This document shows, one piece after another, positions 1 to 6,261 of a DNA stretch of 11,276 nt. Position 1 is the stretch's first letter. Every line of letters begins with the position of its first letter. The notes under the pieces are model-generated. The model did no database searches and was not told the DNA's origin. It was given only the letters and a program-made list of their open reading frames with translations. This DNA is from Candidatus Xenobia bacterium (GTDB lineage: Bacteria; Vulcanimicrobiota; Xenobia; Xenobiales; QWHO01): positions 1 to 11,276 of the forward strand of contig BTUM01000141.1 of assembly GCA_045863235.1 (NCBI GenBank). The letters are read 5' to 3'. A program made the translations under genes and the position numbers.

Positions 1-8
1 AGGCGATG

Positions 9-102
9 GCAAAACCAGGGGGCGGGTGGCGGCTGGTCTCCGGCCCCGATCACCAGGGGGCTCAGGCTCCCTCGACTCAAGCAAAACCAGGAGGTAACCA
101 GG
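9..102 (+). repeat. Short direct repeats: GCAAAACCAGG x2, core ACCAGG x4
   Basis: GCAAAACCAGG at 9-19 and 81-91; ACCAGG at 14-19, 52-57, 86-91 and 97-102. Confidence 0.5.
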
Positions 103-380
103 ATGAAGAACATCAGTCAGTCCGAGCTCGAGGCCCTGCTCGGGGCCGTCAACTTGAAGTCTCCCTTCGGCGAGCGCGACCACGCCATGCTCCGGCTTCT
201 GACCAACTGCTCTACCTGCCCGGCAAACTGGCCAAAGGTGGGCGCCCGCGCAGTATCCCCCTTAACCAGGGTGCCTCCCGGGCTGTGGCCGACCTGGTGG
301 CCTTCCTCGCCAAACGCGGCTTCTCCACCGCCTCTGAAGCGCCGCTCCTGGTGGTCCGCCAGCATCGTCTCGCCCCACGC
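103..380 (+). pseudogene. Tyrosine recombinase (phage integrase/XerC-like catalytic domain) remnant, frameshifted, internally deleted and 3'-truncated
   Basis: SD AGGAGG (89-94) precedes ATG 103. Frame +1 gives MKNISQSELEALLGAVNLKSPFGERDHAMLRLLTN, the typical 'L..eE...ll......RD.A.l.ll' run-in to box I. The expected TGxR catalytic Arg segment is missing, and similarity resumes at ~207 in frame +3 as LLYLPGKLAKGGRPRSIPLNQGASRAVADL...APLLV (KG..R.IPL patch with the catalytic Lys). No clear HxxR or catalytic Tyr follows. Confidence 0.75.
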
Positions 381-563
381 CCCGTAGCTGTAGCTCCCAA
401 CAGCAAGTCCTCTATCCGCTCACCCCGAACCGCGAGGCTGGTGGCGAAGGTCTCGGGCGGCGCGGCGTGCGACCTTACGCTTTGCGAAGGGCCATGCAAG
501 CTCTGATCTCGCATGCCGCTTGACAAGGGCAGGCTCCTGGCGCGACCTCTTATTTTTGGCGCC

Positions 564-575
564 GGAGGTGATCCA
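564..575 (+). promoter_or_regulatory. Extended Shine-Dalgarno-like motif GGAGGTGATCCA with no canonical start codon after it
   Basis: 12-nt perfect complement of the conserved 16S rRNA 3' tail (UGGAUCACCUCC), followed directly by ATC at 576. Confidence 0.35.
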
Positions 576-710
576 ATCGCTAGCGAGCCCGGTTGCATGA
601 GAAGGCCGCGCTCAAAGGATGTCTCCTTCACAGATTCGTCTTCCTTTCTGACCCCCATTATGCGTCCCTGACGGCCAGGAGGAAAGGACTTTGCCGGGGA
701 ATTTTCTCAC

Positions 711-1766
711 GTGAAGTACGCGATCAGCGGCACCCTGCTCCAGACCCTGACCCTCGAGCTGACCCCCGGCGACCAGCTCTACAGCCAGACCCACAGCATG
801 TCCTGGATGAGCGACGGGGTGAGAGTCTCCACCCACACCGGCGGAGGGCTCTGGGAGGGCGTCAAGCGTGCTTTCTCGGGCTCAAGTCTCTTCATCACCG
901 AGTTCGAAGTGGACCGGCCCGCCCGGGTGGCCTTCGCGGCCCGCTATCCCGGCACCATCGTGCCCCTCGAGCTGAAAGCCGGCGAGAGCATCCTGTGCCG
1001 GCGCGAGAGCTTTCTTTGCGCCCAGAAGTCGGTTTCGCTCGAGCTCGCTTTCCATAATCCCGATGTCTGGCTGTTCGGCTCTCAGGGGCTTGCGATGCAG
1101 AAGGTTACCGGACCCGGACTGGTCTTCGTCGATCTCTCGGGCGAGCTGGTGGAGCAGACTCTGGCCGACGGCGAGCGACTGCACCTTCGCCCCGGGCATG
1201 TGGGGATGTATGAGCCTGGTGTGCGCTTCGAGGTCAACATGGTGGAGGGGGTCAGCAACGCCCTCTTTGGCCAGGGCCTCTTCATGGCCACCCTGACCGG
1301 CCCGGGACGCGTCTGGCTGCAGACCATGCCACTCGAGCACCTGGTGGACGCGCTGGGCCTGCGGCGTGGAAAGACCAGCGTAACTGTCAGTCGCAGCAGC
1401 CGCGAGCGCGATGACGAGCCCGAGAGGCCCGCTCCCGAGCCCACCCCGCGCCCGAGCCGGGGGATGGTCAGCAAACTGTTCGACTTCCTCTTCGACGACG
1501 GCCCCGTGCTCGGCCCCGGCCCCCCGGGCCGCAAGCTCGACACGGTGCGCGACCGCACCGACGACGTGCTGGACAAAGCGCCCCGCAGCAAGTCCGGCAG
1601 CTGGTTCTCCTTCGGGCCCGCTTCGGGTTCACGCGACGACTCGAGCCCGAGCAGCTCCAGCCCGGGCATCGGCTTCAGCTGGGGCGGAGGCTCGAGCTCC
1701 TCCGACAGCCACTCCTCCCGAGACGATGACAACGACCGCCGCGGAGGCTACGGGCTCAACTTCTGA
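711..1766 (+). CDS. TIGR00266 / AIM24 family protein with C-terminal low-complexity extension
   Basis: GTG start. The N-terminal ~215 aa show AIM24 hallmarks (MKYAISGT.LQ.L.LEL.PG...SM.WM; G.SLFITEF; YPGTI.PLEL; FLCAQ.SV; G.G.VFV...GELVE..L..GE; G.GLFMATLTGPGRVWLQTMP). The last ~130 aa are rich in S/G/D/R/P. Confidence 0.9.
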   Translation: MKYAISGTLLQTLTLELTPGDQLYSQTHSMSWMSDGVRVSTHTGGGLWEGVKRAFSGSSLFITEFEVDRPARVAFAARYPGTIVPLELKAGESILCRRESFLCAQKSVSLELAFHNPDVWLFGSQGLAMQKVTGPGLVFVDLSGELVEQTLADGERLHLRPGHVGMYEPGVRFEVNMVEGVSNALFGQGLFMATLTGPGRVWLQTMPLEHLVDALGLRRGKTSVTVSRSSRERDDEPERPAPEPTPRPSRGMVSKLFDFLFDDGPVLGPGPPGRKLDTVRDRTDDVLDKAPRSKSGSWFSFGPASGSRDDSSPSSSSPGIGFSWGGGSSSSDSHSSRDDDNDRRGGYGLNF

Positions 1767-3180
1767 GCAGCTGGTTCAGCTCGCCCCGGTCGAAGTAGAC
1801 CCCCTCGCAGCTGCGGCACAGGTCGAGATGCACTCCTTTGTTGTCGGCCATTTGCAGGAGCGCCTCGCAGCGGGGGCAGCGGCGCTCTCCCTCGGGGACG
1901 AGCGGGCGATCCGAGACGACGCTGACCGGCTCGAGCAGCCAGCCCGGCAGCGAGCGCATTCTGGCCAGCGCCTTCAACTCATGGCGGTCAAGCCAGAGCC
2001 CGGCACAGGAGGGGCACAGGTCCACCTCCACCTTACCCACCTTCTGCGCCTTCAGGGGCGACCGGCAGCCGGGGCACAGGAGCAAAGCGCTGGTGGCGGC
2101 CGCAACTGAGGAGGAGCTCGTAGTGGCCGCATCCCCGCCGCCCGAGCCGCAGCACTCGCAGCTCGAGCAACAACAGTCGACCGTGGGATCGCTGGGGGTA
2201 CAGCACCCGCTGTGAGAGCTGCCGCTGTCACAGCAGCCTCCGCAGCAACCGCCGTGGTCGCCGCTGCCACAGCAACCGTCGCAGCCGCTGCAGTCCCCGC
2301 CGCCACAGTCGCAACTGCCCGCCTGCAGGCGGCGCCAGGAGGGCACCCAGGACCCGTGCACCGGCAGACGGTCGGCCAGCGAGTCGAGCAGGGGGTCGAT
2401 CAGGCTGCCGAGCGGCTCGAGGTCGGTGAAGCACCGCAGGGCAGAGCTCAGCTCCTCCAGCGAGCCATGCAGCAGGGTGGCGACGCGGGTCTCTTGCCAG
2501 ACGGGTCCCCAGCACGCCGCCAGGGCGTTGAAACGACCCTGGCGGGCATCCTCAACGAAGTCCTGGGCCGCATCCAGGTAGTAGAGAAACCGGCCCAGTA
2601 TCTGGCCCAACCGACCCAGGTCGGCCCGACGCTCCGGGCGGCCCGACAGATCGCCCACGTGCTCGAGGATGGCTCCGATGGTCTCGGCGGTGGGCTGGCT
2701 GAGCTGGCCCAAGGAGGATCTGGCCTGCTCCACCAGCGCCTGACGGTGGGGCAGGGCACGGATGATGGCCAGCGGAAAACCGGTGTCCCTCAGCACGTTG
2801 TCCACCCGCTTCTGGTAAGCGGCCACCCAGGCGCCGGCCAGGCGGCGGGTCAGTCCCCGCTCGTCCTGACGGTCGTCCTCGAGCTTGGCCGAGAGCAGGG
2901 CCAGGTTGAGCGCGGCCAGTGCGCGGCGGCCCCAGACCGGCAGGGGGGCTACCCGCACCTTGCGCCAGGGCAAGGCGGTGCAGGGCGCCGGACGGGCCTC
3001 GCCCGGCCCCTCCAGGCTGGAGAGCAAGACGCTCAGGAAGGTCAGGTCGTAGTTCATCCACAGCGAGGCCGGCTTGCCGCCGAACTCGGCCATCAGATGG
3101 CAGCTCGCGCAGAAGTGGGCCTGGTAGGCAGGACGCGCGCAGCCCAGGCGGCGCTTGAGAATGCCCAGCTGTCCGAACAT
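1756..3180 (-). CDS. DUF5685 family protein fused to a Cys/Gly-rich segment and two zf-TFIIB zinc-ribbon domains
   Basis: Start placed at ATG 3180 (MFGQLG..., 1 nt after the ligase TGA). DUF5685-like motifs: Y.AHFCASC...NYDLTFLSVLL, KLEDDRQDE, GRFLYYLDAAQDFVED...GRFNAL. 18 Cys in 55 aa (2149-2313). Two CPxC-x16-C-x2-C-x-G-x-(W/Y)-(L/F)DRxEL repeats (~1966-2076 and ~1765-1878). Confidence 0.85.
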   Translation of the reverse strand: MFGQLGILKRRLGCARPAYQAHFCASCHLMAEFGGKPASLWMNYDLTFLSVLLSSLEGPGEARPAPCTALPWRKVRVAPLPVWGRRALAALNLALLSAKLEDDRQDERGLTRRLAGAWVAAYQKRVDNVLRDTGFPLAIIRALPHRQALVEQARSSLGQLSQPTAETIGAILEHVGDLSGRPERRADLGRLGQILGRFLYYLDAAQDFVEDARQGRFNALAACWGPVWQETRVATLLHGSLEELSSALRCFTDLEPLGSLIDPLLDSLADRLPVHGSWVPSWRRLQAGSCDCGGGDCSGCDGCCGSGDHGGCCGGCCDSGSSHSGCCTPSDPTVDCCCSSCECCGSGGGDAATTSSSSVAAATSALLLCPGCRSPLKAQKVGKVEVDLCPSCAGLWLDRHELKALARMRSLPGWLLEPVSVVSDRPLVPEGERRCPRCEALLQMADNKGVHLDLCRSCEGVYFDRGELNQLLRS

Positions 3181-3181
3181 G

Positions 3182-5113
3182 TCAGCCCAGCCCTTCGCGC
3201 ATGTGGCGCCGCTCAATCTCCTCCAGGGTGGCGATCTCCCCCACCGACATTTCGCCCGCCCGAACCTGCTTGATGCGCGGCGAGCGCAGCGAGAGCACGC
3301 CGCCCACGTCGCGCACCACTCCCTCCAGGGCCACCGTGACCACCAGGTAGGGGGCCAGCTCGAGCCCGGCGGCCGTGCGCTGGTGGCCGCGATGCTCGAT
3401 GGGGCGCCCGGTGAGCAAATTGTGCTGCAAGATGGCCCCGGCGATCTTCAGGGTGGTGGACTCGTCCACGCCCCCCACCGTGCCCACCAGGTGCAGCCCC
3501 TCCGGTCCCCGGCAAGAGATGAGGTAAGCGTCGAACATGCGCTTGCCGGCCGTGCTGGGATCGCTCCAGAAGGCGCCCGTCAGCACCAGGTCCAGCGTCT
3601 CCTCAGGCTTTCGCTTCATCCAGTTGGGGGTGCGGGTGGCCAGGGGATAGGCCGAGCTCTCGATCTTGAGCATGCCGCCCTCGTAGCCCTGAGCCCGGAA
3701 CTGCTCGTAGAGCCGGTTCATCTCCTCGCGGCTGGCGACCCGCTTACCCCGGCTCAGCTCCAGGGGCAGGGGCAGCGGGACCTGCGAGGCAACGGCCAGC
3801 AGGCGCTCGAGGCGGGCGCGGCGCTCGGAGAAGGGGCGGTCGGTCAGGTCCACTCCGTCGAGGTAGAGCAGATCGAAGGCGGTATAGCGCAGGTTGACCC
3901 GGGCCGCCCCCGGCTCGCCCCGCAGGAAGGTGTGCACCTCGTAGACCGTGCAGGGGCGCAGCATGCCGCTGCGGTCCAGGGTACTGCCGTGCAGCTCGCC
4001 ATCCAGGATGGCGCTGTGGCAGGGCAGGACGCGAGCCAGGGGGGCCAGGCCCGGGATCAGCTCGCTCCAGTCGTGGCGGCGCCGGGTGTAGCCGGCTACC
4101 TCCAGTTGGCCGCGCTCGTCGGTCGCTTTGTGCAGCATCAGGCGGATGCCGTCGTACTTGCACTCGAACCAGGCCGGGAACTTGACCTCGGCCGGCACGG
4201 TGGCCCCGGCCAGGGCCGGCAGAATGGGCGAGAGCGGCTTCAAAGCGACCTTCTTGAGGCCAGGAACGCCCTCGTGCTCGAGGATGCGGGCCAGCTCGAA
4301 GGGGTCGGTGAGCGCCGCCACCGTGGCCAGCACCTCTTTGGACACCTGGAACTGAGCCGCCAGGTGCTCGTAGACCAGCTCGCTCCGACCGCTCAGGCTC
4401 AGGTGCACCTTGTTGAGGATGAGGGCCGACAGCACGTAGGCCTCCAGCCGGCCGCAGCGCAGGAACAGGTCCTCCAGGGCCCGCATGCGGTGAAACGGCT
4501 CGGATCCTTTGAGAAAACGCAGCACGGTCAGCAACTCGGCGGCCGTCAGGTCGGAGCGGTCGCGCGTGGTGCGCATGGCAAAGAGCGAAGCCAGGTCGCC
4601 CGCTCCCACGATGCTGTGGCGAATCTGCGAGACGGTGCGGAAGGCCAGCCGGGCCAGCAGCCGGGTCAGCGTATCCTCACGCACTCCCGGGGGCTTGCCC
4701 ATGAACGGGTCCCCCATCACCAGCGCCACCTTCTCCTGCAGGCTCAAGCCCAGCTTGCGGGCCAGGAAGTCGCCCACCAGGCGCGAGCGCTGCTCGCTCG
4801 TGAGCGGCGGGGTGGCTGTCAGGCCGAAGAGCTTGCCCACCCGCTCGGGGGCCAGGCCCATCAAGGGCAGAAAGAAGCCCCGGCACAGGCTGTAGAAGGG
4901 GATCGAGTCCAGGGCCTCGTCAGCGACGTCAGGCTCGGCCTCGAGCAGAGAGTAGGCGGCGAACAGCAGGCTGGCGGGAAGCTCGAGCAGCTTCTCCAGC
5001 TCTTCCAGGCTCTGGCGCCGGGCCCCGATGCCGGGGCGAGCCAGGCGCACGGCCCGGATGGCTCCCCCCTCGAGGAACCACTCCCGGATGACCTCGGGCG
5101 AAGCCGCCCTCAT
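3182..5113 (-). CDS. lig: ATP-dependent DNA ligase (archaeal/LigB-type: N-terminal DNA-binding, adenylation and OB domains)
   Basis: Motif I ECKYDGIRL (KYDG at 4148-4159), III AILDGEL, IIIa YTAFDLLYLDG, IV GYEGGMLK, V WMKRKPEETLDLVLTGA, VI SLRSPRIKQVR. The DBD-like helix LEAYVLSALIL is present. ATG overlaps the upstream stop (ATGA, 5110-5113). Confidence 0.93.
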   Translation of the reverse strand: MRAASPEVIREWFLEGGAIRAVRLARPGIGARRQSLEELEKLLELPASLLFAAYSLLEAEPDVADEALDSIPFYSLCRGFFLPLMGLAPERVGKLFGLTATPPLTSEQRSRLVGDFLARKLGLSLQEKVALVMGDPFMGKPPGVREDTLTRLLARLAFRTVSQIRHSIVGAGDLASLFAMRTTRDRSDLTAAELLTVLRFLKGSEPFHRMRALEDLFLRCGRLEAYVLSALILNKVHLSLSGRSELVYEHLAAQFQVSKEVLATVAALTDPFELARILEHEGVPGLKKVALKPLSPILPALAGATVPAEVKFPAWFECKYDGIRLMLHKATDERGQLEVAGYTRRRHDWSELIPGLAPLARVLPCHSAILDGELHGSTLDRSGMLRPCTVYEVHTFLRGEPGAARVNLRYTAFDLLYLDGVDLTDRPFSERRARLERLLAVASQVPLPLPLELSRGKRVASREEMNRLYEQFRAQGYEGGMLKIESSAYPLATRTPNWMKRKPEETLDLVLTGAFWSDPSTAGKRMFDAYLISCRGPEGLHLVGTVGGVDESTTLKIAGAILQHNLLTGRPIEHRGHQRTAAGLELAPYLVVTVALEGVVRDVGGVLSLRSPRIKQVRAGEMSVGEIATLEEIERRHMREGLG

Positions 5114-6174
5114 GCTGGCGGGAAGGGCTTCATCTCTTCAGGTTGAGCCGGGTGCACGGTGAGCGTCCCCAGCCCCTCTTTCTGGGCCAGCCGCAGCACG
5201 TGCGGGAAGATGGGCGTGGTGACGCACTTGATCGCCCGGATCACGTCGATCACGTCGCGGTACTTGCCGCCCCACAGGGCGGCCTCTTCCTTGGAGCCGA
5301 GGCTCATCTCCTCGATCAAGAAGACGGCGTCGGCGGTGTGCATCAGCGCCTCGCCGCCCACCGGCATGCCGGTGTCGCGGATCTGCCCGATGGTGAGACA
5401 GGTCACGCCCTTCTCGTGGTTGTAGGTCTTGAGGGCGCTCAGGTTGTCGGCCGTTCGCGACTTGGTGGGGTCGAGCGTGTTGAGCGAGTCGATCACCACG
5501 AAGCGCACCTCCTCGCGCTCGATGATGTAGCGGTAGCGGTTGACGAACTCCTCCCAGGTCTGGCCCTTGTGATACTGGGCGTTGAGCACCAGGATGTTGG
5601 CCAGCACCTTCTCGGTGAAGTCTTGCTCCGACAGGCCCGTGACGCCCATTCCGATGCGCACCAGCCGCGAAGAGAGGGGCTCGCGGCCCGAGCCGGCCTC
5701 GTCCAGAAAGCCCTCCTCTGCGATCACGAAGAGGCACTTCATGCCCCCTTGCGCGACCCGCACCATGGCCTCGATGGCCGAGCGCGTCTTGCCTTTGCCG
5801 GGCGGGCCGGCAAAAGCGATGGTGCAGCCCTTGGGGATGCCGCCCAGGGCGTGCCGGCCGTCGGGGGTGAGACACAGCAGGTCGAGCACCTCCTGCACCG
5901 GCAAGGGCTGCTGGTCGCGCAGCAGCGAGCCTTTCGTGGCCGGGCGGATCAGCTCGGCCTCCAGGCCCGGGTCGGGCTTGTCCTCGGGAACAGCGTAAGA
6001 GAAGGGTTGGGCGGCCGCGTCCACGGCTGGAGCGGGAGCCGAGCCGCTCATGGCCATCATCATCTGCATCATCTGCTGCATCATGGCGGCCGGATTGGGT
6101 CCACCCGGGGCCGGGGGATAACCGCCCGGATAGCCAGCGGGCGGGGGATAGCCTGGATGCTGCATCTCGCTCAT
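5110..6174 (-). CDS. Single-domain KaiC/RAD55-like RecA-superfamily ATPase with Pro/Met/Gln-rich N-terminal extension
   Basis: GGIPKG preceding Walker A GPPGKGKT (5785-5808); LFVIAEE (KaiC-type EE); Walker B FVVIDS; sensor TCLTIGQ; GGEALMHTADAVFLI. SD-like GGGAGGGAG upstream. From memory, the C-terminal insert resembles archaeal AF_0795-type KaiC-domain proteins. Confidence 0.87.
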   Translation of the reverse strand: MSEMQHPGYPPPAGYPGGYPPAPGGPNPAAMMQQMMQMMMAMSGSAPAPAVDAAAQPFSYAVPEDKPDPGLEAELIRPATKGSLLRDQQPLPVQEVLDLLCLTPDGRHALGGIPKGCTIAFAGPPGKGKTRSAIEAMVRVAQGGMKCLFVIAEEGFLDEAGSGREPLSSRLVRIGMGVTGLSEQDFTEKVLANILVLNAQYHKGQTWEEFVNRYRYIIEREEVRFVVIDSLNTLDPTKSRTADNLSALKTYNHEKGVTCLTIGQIRDTGMPVGGEALMHTADAVFLIEEMSLGSKEEAALWGGKYRDVIDVIRAIKCVTTPIFPHVLRLAQKEGLGTLTVHPAQPEEMKPFPPA

Positions 6175-6261
6175 AGTGGACCTGGACTCCCTCCCAAGGA
6201 TGGCGCTGGGTTCGCGATCGCCTTCGAAGGAACCTACAGGGCAACCTGGAAGACTTGAGTC

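Noticed and set aside
6..506. Intact 166-aa CDS 6-506
   Set aside because: Only the middle part (~207-380) is recombinase-like; better explained as one frame of the pseudogene.
520..556. Sigma70 promoter at TTGACA
   Set aside because: No credible -10 hexamer at 16-18 bp spacing; the AT-rich TATTTT is 25 bp away.
564..576. 16S rRNA gene fragment on the minus strand
   Set aside because: The match is limited to 12-13 nt and the flanks do not continue the 16S helix 45 sequence.
3181..3216. ORF-track start at 3216 for the DUF5685 gene
   Set aside because: It overlaps the ligase C-terminus. ATG 3180 gives the family-typical MFG start directly after the ligase stop.
3182..5113. NHEJ LigD
   Set aside because: No polymerase or phosphoesterase domain and no Ku gene in the window.
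5110..6174. Circadian clock kaiC, or radA/recA
   Set aside because: Single ATPase domain, no kaiA/kaiB nearby, no RadA zinc finger/KNRFG/Lon domain and no RecA signature.
2212..6258. Long plus-strand ORFs 2212-3273, 3155-5146 and 5143-6258, and alternate-frame minus ORF 5138-6244
   Set aside because: Antisense or alternate-frame shadows of well-supported genes, expected at high GC; no recognisable motifs.
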